This document shows, piece by piece, positions 17,946-26,178 of a stretch of 56,502 nt of DNA. Below the pieces are notes generated by a model that searched no databases, was not told the DNA's origin, and worked only from the letters and a program-made list of their open reading frames with translations. Numbering within the stretch: position 1 is the stretch's first letter; each line of letters opens with the position of its first letter. Position numbers and translations under genes: made by a program. Source of the stretch: Chloroflexota bacterium (GTDB taxonomy: Bacteria; Chloroflexota; UBA4733); NCBI GenBank assembly GCA_051003235.1, contig JBPCLN010000120.1, positions 1 to 56,502 on the forward strand, written 5' to 3'.

Positions 17946-18827
17946 ATGACCGCCAACGGCCTCCTTGTGCTCGACAAGCCGTTTGGGCTCAGTTCGCGCC
18001 AGGCTCTGGACCGCGTGCGCCGGCTGTACCAAACGCAGAAGGCCGGCTTCGCCGGTACGCTCGATCCCCGGGCCACCGGTGTCCTGGTCTGCGCCCTGGG
18101 GACCGCCACCCGCCTGTTGACCTATCTGGAGACCGACACGAAGCGCTACGAAGCCAGCGTCGAGTTAGGTCAAGAGACCGATACCGACGATGCGGAGGGG
18201 CAAGCGATCGCCTTTGGCGATAGCAGTGCGGTCACGCGCGACCAGGTGGAAGGCGCTCTTGCTGCCTTTCGAGGCCCCATCTGCCAACGCCCGCCTGCTT
18301 ATTCCGCCATCTCCATGGGTGGCCACCGCCTCTATGCCATGGCTCGGCGCGGCGAAGCGGTGATGGCGCCGGAACGTGAGGTGACGGTGTATGCACTCAC
18401 GCTCACTACGTGGCAGCCGCCGCAGTTCACGTTGGACATCCACTGTTCCAAGGGCACCTACATCCGGGCATTGGCCCGCGACCTTGGCCGCCGACTCGGC
18501 TGCTATGCCTATTTGGCAGGGTTGCGGCGCACGGTGTCCGGCACCTTCACCCTGGAGCGGGCGCGAACGCTCGAAATGTTGGCGGCGACGGACTACGCCT
18601 TGCTGCCTAGCTTCCTGTTACCACTCCGGGCCGCGGTAGCCGAACTACCGGCCGCTGTTCTCAGCCCGGAGGAGGCGGCGCGTATTCGTTCGGGCCAACC
18701 GATTCACCGGGCGATGCCGGGCGATGGCCCGGTTGTGCTGCTCGACGGCGCCGATGCCGTCGTGGCAATTGGGCGTTGTCTGTCCGGCGTCATTCAGCCG
18801 GAGAAGGTGCTACCGCCCGTGACCTAA
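17946..18827 (+). CDS. truB: tRNA pseudouridine(55) synthase
   Basis: Internal start ATG 17946 (MTANGLLVLDKPFGLSS...AGFAGTLDPRATGVL), preceded by GAGGAGG. The catalytic Asp motif GTLDP is present. Confidence 0.9.
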   Translation: MTANGLLVLDKPFGLSSRQALDRVRRLYQTQKAGFAGTLDPRATGVLVCALGTATRLLTYLETDTKRYEASVELGQETDTDDAEGQAIAFGDSSAVTRDQVEGALAAFRGPICQRPPAYSAISMGGHRLYAMARRGEAVMAPEREVTVYALTLTTWQPPQFTLDIHCSKGTYIRALARDLGRRLGCYAYLAGLRRTVSGTFTLERARTLEMLAATDYALLPSFLLPLRAAVAELPAAVLSPEEAARIRSGQPIHRAMPGDGPVVLLDGADAVVAIGRCLSGVIQPEKVLPPVT

Positions 18828-19546
18828 GGTTTTGCCTCAATCTCCTGGGCAAACACCTCGCCATTGTCCTCCGGTCGATAGCCGAGCAAGTCGCGCGCGT
18901 TGGTGATATCCCACTGGCGGCGCGTGTTGTCGGAGATGCCATAGAAAACGCCGAACGTCACCGGCGCTTCGATGCTCCGCCAGATCAATTGGGTCATGTC
19001 GCGCTCGGAAATCCAGGTACCAAGGGCGCGCCGGTTGGTGGGCCGGGGTAATGCCGAGCCGATACGTAAGCAAATGACGGCAAGGCCGTACTGGTCGTGG
19101 TAATAGCGGCCCAGCGCTTCGCCATAGGCCTTGCTGGCGCCGTAAAAGCTATCCGGACGTACGGGCAGTTCCGGCCACACCAGGCTGCCGCTGCGCTCGT
19201 ACATGCCCGTCACGTGGTTCGTGCTGGCGAATACAACCCGCGGCACACCCGCTAAGCGCGCCGCCTCGTAAACATGGTACGCGCCGACGATATTTGCCAG
19301 CAACACTTCCTCGAAACTGGCCTGGGTGCTGGGATTGCCTGCAAGGTGGACAATCGCCTCTACCCCTTCGACTGCCCGGCGCACCCCCTCCAGGTCTCCC
19401 AGGTCCGCAACCACCGCTTCCTCGTTCGCACGTACCGGGAGTACGGTGCGATGGTACATGAGCCGCAGTCGGTAGCGTCCGGTCAAACCCACATGCAAGC
19501 TCCGGCCGATTCGACCGGCGGCGCCGGTGATCAATACCTTCTTCAT
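18824..19546 (-). CDS. NAD-dependent epimerase/dehydratase-family SDR, uronate-dehydrogenase-like
   Basis: MKKVLITGAAGRIGRSL.. with ..YGASKAYGE.. and ..RIGS...RALGTWIS.. blocks. By recollection the pattern resembles Agrobacterium-type uronate dehydrogenase. Start taken at ATG 19546. Confidence 0.7.
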   Translation of the reverse strand: MKKVLITGAAGRIGRSLHVGLTGRYRLRLMYHRTVLPVRANEEAVVADLGDLEGVRRAVEGVEAIVHLAGNPSTQASFEEVLLANIVGAYHVYEAARLAGVPRVVFASTNHVTGMYERSGSLVWPELPVRPDSFYGASKAYGEALGRYYHDQYGLAVICLRIGSALPRPTNRRALGTWISERDMTQLIWRSIEAPVTFGVFYGISDNTRRQWDITNARDLLGYRPEDNGEVFAQEIEAKP

Positions 19547-19661
19547 CGTCCCTGTCTTCCCACCGCCCACGCCGGTCGCGTCGCCTGGGAGCGTACCGGC
19601 CAGACGGCGGTGGGCGCAAGCCGTGGCTACCGTGTAACATGGGAGAATAGGGCAAAGCGAT

Positions 19662-22172
19662 ATGGTGGGCGAGATGGGGTGTCCGGTGGCATTGGAGCCT
19701 TCGTCAGGATTCGCCGATCCTTTCTCGGCCCTAGCGGATGTGCTATTACAGCCTCTCGGCTACCAGCAATTGGGCCAGGCGCTGGTCGATGCCGTGCCGA
19801 ACGCCTTTGCCGCGAACACCGCCGTGCTGGGCGCGCTGCTGCTCACCATCAACGCTGAATCGCACTGCCTAGAGGCATTCACCTATACCCATGGCGCCCA
19901 TCAAGACGCTATTGCCGCTGCACTTGCAGGTCAGCCTCTGCACCTGATCAGCGATGACTACGGGCGGCAAACGAACCTTATCGAACAGGTGGCGGTACGG
20001 CAGGTCGGCATCGGCGCGCGCCATGTGCACGAATTCCTTAGCGGTTACGTTGACGAGGTGATCCTGGATCGGCTTGAGCAGCTTATCGGCTGGCAAGACG
20101 GCCTCGCCCTGCCGCTTCTGGTCCAGCAAAGAACCGCCGGCGTGTTGCTCTATGCCCTAGGTAAAGAGGTTGACACCATAAGCGCGGCCGAGCGCGAACG
20201 GATGACCAATGTCGCCAATCTGGTCGGTCTCGCCCTGGAACAGGCTCGGCTCTATGACTTGGAACAACGCCGAGCCCACGAGGCGGCAGCCCTTCAGGCG
20301 GTGTTGTTGCGAATCGCGACAGCCGACGACGCCCGCGCCATGCTGGAGGAGATCATCACCGCGGCACTTGAACTCCTGGGAGCAGATTACGCTGCCGTCA
20401 ACACTATTCCGACCAGGCCCGGCGAGCAGGCCTGGCATGTACGTCGGGGGTATCACAGCTCCGCCATCGTGCAGTCGACCATTTACCCTCCCGGCACGGG
20501 TTTGGCCGGACGTGCGATGGCGGCGCGCGCTGCCGTCGTCGTGCGGGAATTCGGAGCGGACCTAGCCTATCCTCCAGAAGAGTTCCCAGTCCATGTAGCC
20601 GAGCACATGCACAGCGGCATGGGCGTGCCGTTACTCCGACCAGCGATGCAGCCTGACGGTACCGGGGAGGCTTTTGGCGCCCTCGTCGTCGGTTATCGAA
20701 CACCTCAACGAATCTCCCGCGATCAAATTGATCTGGCGATGGCACTGGCGCAACACGCGGCCGTCGCCCTGGAACGGGCTCGCCTGCTCGCTGTCGAGCG
20801 TACGCGGGCGCGCGAGTTGGAAGCGCTCGTGGCAAGTGGGAGACGCCTGAGCGCGGAGATCGACCAGGGTGCCGTCATACGGGCCATCACCAGTGCCGCT
20901 GCCGCTACTCTCGGCGCCCTGAGCGCAACGGTGGCAGTGGTCGAGTGGCCGTCCATTGGTGACCACGACCCAGCCACTGCCCGTTTCGAGTTCGGCGCCT
21001 GGTACCAGGAAGAGCAATGGCAACGCCCGGATGATACTGTTCGGCACTGGGAGCGAACGGCGCGACGCGCGTTGGAGACGCAGGAAATACAGCTCGTCAC
21101 CAGCGTGCCGATAGCCAGAATGGGGCAAGAGCCTGTCTCCCAAAAGCTCCCGCCGGGCGGCCTCATTGCCTTCCCCATTCGGTCGCACAGCCGTGTACTG
21201 GCCATTGGCCTGTTGTTCGGGAAACACGACGGAGGGATCTTCGATGCAGATGACACGCGCCTGGTGCGCGCCTTCGCCGAGCAAGCCGCCAGTGCACTCG
21301 ACAATGCCCGCCTCTATGAAGAGGAACGGCGCACGCGACGCGAGGTGGAGGAAGTGCATGAGCAAGGCCAGGCCTTCTTGCGCATCGTCGGCCACGACTT
21401 GAAGACGCCGCTCACCAATATCCTTGGCTATGCGCAACTCGCCCAACGACTGCGCGGGCGGTTCAATGTCGAGGCCACTGGCATGCCCCAAAACATTGAT
21501 GAGCGCCTACGGGTGGCCTGCGACAAGATCGTCGAGAACTGCCGCCGGTTGCAACGTCTGGTGGACAGTCTTCAGGAGGCCTTCCGTCTCGGGTCCGGTC
21601 AATTCGAGTTGCAGTGGGACCAGGTTGACCTCACTACCCTGGTGCGCCAGGTCGTTGAGGAGCAGGGGGCCGTCGCGCCGGATCACGCCTTCACTATTTC
21701 CGCGCCGCCGCCGCCGCCAGCCGGCCAGTGGGATGCCGAGCGGCTGCGTCAGGTCGTCGCTAACCTCGTCTCAAACGCGATCAAGTACAGCCCCGACGGT
21801 GGCCCAATCGCGGTCACGGTGCAGCAGCGTGGCGCGGTCGCGCTGCTCACGGTCGTGGACCACGGACTGGGCATCCCCGCGGAGCATCTACCGGCTCTCT
21901 TCCAGCCGTACTCACGCCTCCATCAGAGCCGGGCCATTAAAGGGACGGGGCTCGGACTCTACATTGTCAAAGGAATTGTTGAAGCGCATGGGGGCAGCGT
22001 CCATGCCCACAGCGGCGGTGAAGGCGCCGGTGCGACGTTTACGGTCACTCTGCCGCTGCAGCGAGCATCGCCCGGGCGAGGTAGGCCCGTTCCACGTCCA
22101 CTGCTCAGCGGCACGGTCCGAGCTGGTGTTCCGCCAGCAATCGACCTAATGTCGCCACCAGCTTCTCCTTAA
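19662..22172 (+). CDS. multi-GAF-domain sensor histidine kinase (cytoplasmic)
   Basis: 836-aa ORF. About 560 aa of repeated GAF-like sensor modules precede the HisKA H-box (..GHDLKTPLTNILGYAQL..) and HATPase_c (..NAIKYSP.., ..GTGLGLYIVKGIVEAHGG..). No obvious TM segments. Confidence 0.8.
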   Translation: MVGEMGCPVALEPSSGFADPFSALADVLLQPLGYQQLGQALVDAVPNAFAANTAVLGALLLTINAESHCLEAFTYTHGAHQDAIAAALAGQPLHLISDDYGRQTNLIEQVAVRQVGIGARHVHEFLSGYVDEVILDRLEQLIGWQDGLALPLLVQQRTAGVLLYALGKEVDTISAAERERMTNVANLVGLALEQARLYDLEQRRAHEAAALQAVLLRIATADDARAMLEEIITAALELLGADYAAVNTIPTRPGEQAWHVRRGYHSSAIVQSTIYPPGTGLAGRAMAARAAVVVREFGADLAYPPEEFPVHVAEHMHSGMGVPLLRPAMQPDGTGEAFGALVVGYRTPQRISRDQIDLAMALAQHAAVALERARLLAVERTRARELEALVASGRRLSAEIDQGAVIRAITSAAAATLGALSATVAVVEWPSIGDHDPATARFEFGAWYQEEQWQRPDDTVRHWERTARRALETQEIQLVTSVPIARMGQEPVSQKLPPGGLIAFPIRSHSRVLAIGLLFGKHDGGIFDADDTRLVRAFAEQAASALDNARLYEEERRTRREVEEVHEQGQAFLRIVGHDLKTPLTNILGYAQLAQRLRGRFNVEATGMPQNIDERLRVACDKIVENCRRLQRLVDSLQEAFRLGSGQFELQWDQVDLTTLVRQVVEEQGAVAPDHAFTISAPPPPPAGQWDAERLRQVVANLVSNAIKYSPDGGPIAVTVQQRGAVALLTVVDHGLGIPAEHLPALFQPYSRLHQSRAIKGTGLGLYIVKGIVEAHGGSVHAHSGGEGAGATFTVTLPLQRASPGRGRPVPRPLLSGTVRAGVPPAIDLMSPPASP

Positions 22173-23232
22173 AGGCGGCAGTGTCAAATTGCAGCGCGTG
22201 GGCCCGAATGGCGGCGGCATCAAACACCGTCTCGTCGGCGCGCCGGATCGCTGCCGTCACCGCCTCTACGGTCTGATCGCGGAAGAACACGCCGGTTATG
22301 CCATCCTGCACCGTCTCCAGCACACCACCGCGCCCTAGTGCAATCACGGGACGGCCGGCAGCCTGGGCCTCGACTGGAGCGATGCCGTAATCTTCCTCAC
22401 CCGGCCACAGGAGCGCTCGGCAGCCCGCGAACAGCAGGCGCAGCGACGATCGATCGACGTGCCCGGCAAACTCCACCGTTGGGCCGGCCAGGGCGCGTAG
22501 GCGCGCCGTCTCCGGTCCACTGCCGGTCACCACCAAACGCCGCTGAAGTTGATTGCAGGCGGCGATCGCGAGATCAATCCGCTTATATGGTTGGTGGCGA
22601 CCTGCTACCAGATAATAATCGCCCGGTCCCTGCCCAAGCGGCATCGTGGCGGCCTCTACCGGCGAGTGCAGTACCTCGGCATCCCGGCGGTAGAACTTGC
22701 GAATACGTCGCGCCGCGTTATTGGACCCGGCAAGAAAGTGATCGACGCGCTGTGCTGCTGCGTAATCCCAGACGCGCAACGGCACAGCCAGGGCCGACAA
22801 TGCCGCCTCCATCGATCGCCCGACGCGCTCGTGCTCAAGGTATTCCTGGTACATCCAGAGGTAACGAAAGGGTGTATTACAGTAGCAGACGTGGCAGGTA
22901 TCGGGCCGGGTCAAGACACCCTTCGCGAAAGTGGTCGTGCTACTCAGGACGAGATCGTAACCTCGCAAGTCGAAGCGTTCGAAGGCGACCGGGAAGAGCG
23001 GCAGTAGCTTGTAGGAAATGCTCCGCTTCGGTGAGATGCGCTGCATGAAGCTGGTGCGGATATCCATGGTGCGGAAGGCATCCGGCATGGCGGCGCGATC
23101 GTAGACGCTAACAAAAAGGGGGGCTTGGGGGAACAGCTCGTGGAAGACCTCCACCACCTGCTCAGCGCCTCCCATCTGATTGAGGTAATCGTGCACCAGA
23201 GCGACCCGCACGTCCGACGGCAACGCCGTCAC
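22105..23232 (-). CDS. glycosyltransferase family 4 (GT-B, group 1)
   Basis: Conserved ..VALVHDYLNQMGGAEQV.. N-terminus and ..EEDYGIAPVEAQAAGRPVIA.. motif. The track start (23421) lies inside trmH. I prefer GTG 23232, which forms a GTGA overlap with the trmH-like stop (GTG 23211 is also possible). Confidence 0.75.
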   Translation of the reverse strand: MTALPSDVRVALVHDYLNQMGGAEQVVEVFHELFPQAPLFVSVYDRAAMPDAFRTMDIRTSFMQRISPKRSISYKLLPLFPVAFERFDLRGYDLVLSSTTTFAKGVLTRPDTCHVCYCNTPFRYLWMYQEYLEHERVGRSMEAALSALAVPLRVWDYAAAQRVDHFLAGSNNAARRIRKFYRRDAEVLHSPVEAATMPLGQGPGDYYLVAGRHQPYKRIDLAIAACNQLQRRLVVTGSGPETARLRALAGPTVEFAGHVDRSSLRLLFAGCRALLWPGEEDYGIAPVEAQAAGRPVIALGRGGVLETVQDGITGVFFRDQTVEAVTAAIRRADETVFDAAAIRAHALQFDTAAFKEKLVATLGRLLAEHQLGPCR

Positions 23233-24041
23233 GGTGCACCGCGCGCGAGTGAGCGTTGTCGCACTGCCTCGAAGAGCAGAATGCTCGTCGCCATCGCCAC
23301 ATTCAGCGAGTCGCCACCGCCTGGCATAGCGATGCGCACGCGATCGGTCACCGCCCGTTTGGCGGCGGCGCTGGCGCCGCGTGCCTCTCCGCCAACAATG
23401 ATGGCGGCGGGCGGTAACCAATCAAGCTGCCAGTAGGGCATGCCGGCGTGCGCTTCCGCCAGGACAACGCGGACCGCCGGCGCCAGGGTCGTGGGCGCCA
23501 ACTCCCAGCGAAAACCGGTGTCAATATGCAGCCAGAAATGGGCTCCAGCCGCCGCGCGCACGACTTTCGGGCCAAAAAGATCGACGCCGCCGCTGGCATA
23601 CACCTGGCGCACACCAGCCGAGCGCGCAGTGCGCAAGATCGTACCGGCATTGCCAGGATCCGCGACTTCGTCCAAAACGACGGCCAGATCATGCAAGGAA
23701 CCCGTCCGCTGCCGCCGAGGCGCCGGCTCCGCCGACGGCAACGGCACAGCTAAGACGATTCCCTGGCTATGTTGAACGTCGCTCACGGACATCAAAACCC
23801 GAGCACTTGCCGCTTCCATCCAGTCGCTCAACGGATCCAGGTCGGCGAGTAAGGCGCTACCGCGTTCCGATGCCAGGAGTGCTTCGTCATACAACACCAA
23901 CGCCGGGTGGACTCCGGCATCAACAACTTCCTCGGCCAGTCGCACCCCTTCTACCAGGAACAAGCCCTCACGCAGGCGCTCCCGCCGGTCCGCCAGGCCA
24001 CGCAATAGGCGGATACGACCATTGCTGGTGCTGGTGATCAT
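23229..24041 (-). CDS. TrmH/SpoU-family RNA 2'-O-methyltransferase
   Basis: 270-aa ORF with a SpoU-type C-terminal knot region (..IIVGGEARG..., ..IAMPGGGDSLNVAMATSILLFE..). It has the usual position downstream of rplT. Confidence 0.8.
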   Translation of the reverse strand: MITSTSNGRIRLLRGLADRRERLREGLFLVEGVRLAEEVVDAGVHPALVLYDEALLASERGSALLADLDPLSDWMEAASARVLMSVSDVQHSQGIVLAVPLPSAEPAPRRQRTGSLHDLAVVLDEVADPGNAGTILRTARSAGVRQVYASGGVDLFGPKVVRAAAGAHFWLHIDTGFRWELAPTTLAPAVRVVLAEAHAGMPYWQLDWLPPAAIIVGGEARGASAAAKRAVTDRVRIAMPGGGDSLNVAMATSILLFEAVRQRSLARGAP

Positions 24042-24099
24042 GCGTTCCGCCGACCAGTCGCGGGTGTGGGAACGGTAGGCGGCATCAAGATCCGCCGGT

Positions 24100-24453
24100 T
24101 TACAGCGCCGCGCGCGCCTGCTCCAGCACCGCGACGAATGCGCTGGGTTCGCGGACGGCCATGTCGGCCAGTACCTTGCGGTCCAGATCGATCTGGGCGG
24201 CGTTCAGGCCGGCGATGAGCCGGTTATAGGAGAAGTCATTCATTCGACAGGCGGCATTGATGCGCGCAATCCAGAGCGAGCGCATGTCGCGCTTGCGTCG
24301 GCGCCGGTCATCATACGAATAGGACAGCGCTTTGAGGACCGATTCGTTTGCCAGCCGGAACAGGCGGTTGCGGACACCGGTATGCCCCTTAGCCAGTTCC
24401 AGCAGCTTCTTGTGGCGCTTATGGGCCGGGACACTCCGCTTCGATCGAGGCAT
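24100..24453 (-). CDS. rplT: 50S ribosomal protein L20
   Basis: MPRSKRSVPAHKRHKKLLELAKGH...RRRRKRDMRSLWIARINAA.. is an unmistakable L20 sequence. Confidence 0.95.
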   Translation of the reverse strand: MPRSKRSVPAHKRHKKLLELAKGHTGVRNRLFRLANESVLKALSYSYDDRRRRKRDMRSLWIARINAACRMNDFSYNRLIAGLNAAQIDLDRKVLADMAVREPSAFVAVLEQARAAL

Positions 24454-24482
24454 GTTCGGGAACCTTTCCTGCTGCTCCTGCC

Positions 24483-24677
24483 CTACGCGTAGGGCAGTGA
24501 CTGGCGCAAATGTCCAACTTCATTTTTTGGCGCCACCTGCATCTTGCCGAGCATGCGCAGGTTCTGCTCACTCTTCCGGCGGCGGTGATTCTGCCAGGCC
24601 TTGCGATAGCGAAACAATCCGGTGCCGGTAACCGTGAAGCGCTTGGAACTACCCTTGTGGGTCTTCATTTTTGGCAC
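24483..24677 (-). CDS. rpmI: 50S ribosomal protein L35
   Basis: (V->fM)PKMKTHKGSSKRFTVTGTG... GTG 24677 restores the canonical MPKMKTH N-terminus. The track ORF start (24743) is an upstream extension. Confidence 0.9.
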   Translation of the reverse strand: MPKMKTHKGSSKRFTVTGTGLFRYRKAWQNHRRRKSEQNLRMLGKMQVAPKNEVGHLRQSLPYA

Positions 24678-24783
24678 TTCTAACTGTCCTTTCTCCTGGC
24701 CATCGTCTCTGACCGGCCACCCAATACGAGCGGACAGGCGCAATCACATACAGCGTACCCATGACCCCATGCGACAGCCGCCA

Positions 24784-24795
24784 AGTATACCACCG
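24784..24795 (-). promoter_or_regulatory. Extended -10 promoter (cggTGgTATACT) for rpmI-rplT
   Basis: The reverse strand reads CGGTGGTATACT, identical to the 12-mer upstream of nusA. It sits about 107 nt upstream of the rpmI GTG and just after the stop of the GT9 gene. Confidence 0.5.
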
Positions 24796-24841
24796 GAGCG
24801 ATAAGGCGCGGCGGGCGAAAAGGTCCGCTCAAGCGCCTCGC

Positions 24842-25972
24842 TTAGCGCGCTCCCGCCGCTGCGGCGATGGTATCGCGCTGTTCCAGGAACTGCAGGGAAG
24901 CCGTAATGACGGAGGCCGCCGGAAGGGTGGCCAGCGTGGTATTGGAGCGCCGCGTCCCGCAGACCTGGTCCCAGAGCGTGGCGCCGCCAACAAAGTGGAT
25001 CTCCGGTCGTACTCCCGGTGGTTGAAGCGTGACGACCTGACCCAACGGCGCCCAGGGACCGAACACGACTGGGTCGGTCGAGCCATAGACGCCGACCACG
25101 GGCGTGCCAACCGCCGCGGCCACATGGAGCGGTCCCGAATCATTCCCCACAAATAAATCGCACGCGGCCAGGAGCGCCATGGTCTGGCGCAGTGTGAGTT
25201 GACCGGCCACCGATTCAGCCCTTAACCCTATCGAGCGGCTCAATTGCGCGGCAAGCTGCACTTCTGAGGGACCGCCGATGATAACAATTTCCGCCTCCGT
25301 CTGCGCGGCCAGCGTCCGCCCGACCTCTGCGAACAAATCAATCGGCCAGCGTTTCTGCGCCGGGGCAGCGCCGCTACCCGGATGCATCGCAATGCGGAGT
25401 GGCGCTCCGCTTAGCCGCAGTTTCTGTAGCAACCGTGCCGTCTCCGCCCGCTCCGCGGTGGTGACGTGAACATGCGTACGGCGCTCCAACGGCGGAATGT
25501 CCAAATGCCGCGCGACCGTCGCATAGAGCTCCACCGCATGGCGCTGGTTCCAGCCGGAAAAATCGTGCGGTAGCAGCCACCAGAACGGTAAGTAGTCGAG
25601 GTATTCCTGGTCAGCGATGCCGCAAGCGTTCGCCAACCAACCGAGCCCTGGCGTACTGAAGTTCAGCGCCAGGTCATAGCGCCGGCGCCGCAGACGGCGT
25701 AGGGTTGCCGGCAGGGCGCCGCCACCCCGCCAGTCACCCAGCAAGGGAAGGGTGATCGTATCATCCAGGTCGGGGTTGTGGGCCAACAGTGGCGCGTTGA
25801 CGCCAGCCGCTAATGCAGTAATTTGCGCCCCCGGATAGCGTTGACGCAGCGCATGCACCGTTGGGGTGACGAAGAGCGTGTCGCCCAGCGGCAAACGCAT
25901 GATTAGCAAGAAGCGAGGACCGCCGGCCGGTACGAGGTGGGGACCGGATAGGCGCGCGAGCCGACGCCGCAT
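24842..25972 (-). CDS. glycosyltransferase family 9 (heptosyltransferase-like)
   Basis: 376-aa ORF. ..LGDTLFVTPTVHALRQRYPGAQI.. and ..GNDSGPLHVAAAVGTPVVGVYG.. are typical GT9 blocks. AGGAGGAGG lies just upstream of the ATG. Confidence 0.8.
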   Translation of the reverse strand: MRRRLARLSGPHLVPAGGPRFLLIMRLPLGDTLFVTPTVHALRQRYPGAQITALAAGVNAPLLAHNPDLDDTITLPLLGDWRGGGALPATLRRLRRRRYDLALNFSTPGLGWLANACGIADQEYLDYLPFWWLLPHDFSGWNQRHAVELYATVARHLDIPPLERRTHVHVTTAERAETARLLQKLRLSGAPLRIAMHPGSGAAPAQKRWPIDLFAEVGRTLAAQTEAEIVIIGGPSEVQLAAQLSRSIGLRAESVAGQLTLRQTMALLAACDLFVGNDSGPLHVAAAVGTPVVGVYGSTDPVVFGPWAPLGQVVTLQPPGVRPEIHFVGGATLWDQVCGTRRSNTTLATLPAASVITASLQFLEQRDTIAAAAGAR

Positions 25973-25993
25973 GGACCTCCTCCTGAATTATTG

Positions 25994-26009
25994 TGTGACC
26001 AGTATCACA
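25994..26009. promoter_or_regulatory. Perfect CRP/FNR-type palindrome TGTGA-CCAGTA-TCACA
   Basis: TGTGA at 25994-25998, 6-nt spacer, TCACA at 26005-26009, in the divergent GT9/xylB intergenic region. Confidence 0.45.
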
Positions 26010-26108
26010 TCCTTGGCTCGCGTTCCACGCGAGCCCAGCGTACCCGGATCGCCGCAACCAGCGCCATGGCACCGTAGCGCGACCCGCGCTGAACCGCCAA
26101 AGCAAGAA

Positions 26109-26138
26109 TTGCACCAGCCGGCGCTCAGTCACTACAAT
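26109..26138 (+). promoter_or_regulatory. Candidate promoter for xylB-ffh (TTGCAC-18 nt-TACAAT)
   Basis: TTGCAC at 26109-26114 and TACAAT at 26133-26138, about 40 nt upstream of ATG 26179. Confidence 0.4.
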
Positions 26139-26178
26139 CGGCCTAAAATACCAATTGGGTGAGGAGAGAAGGAACGGC

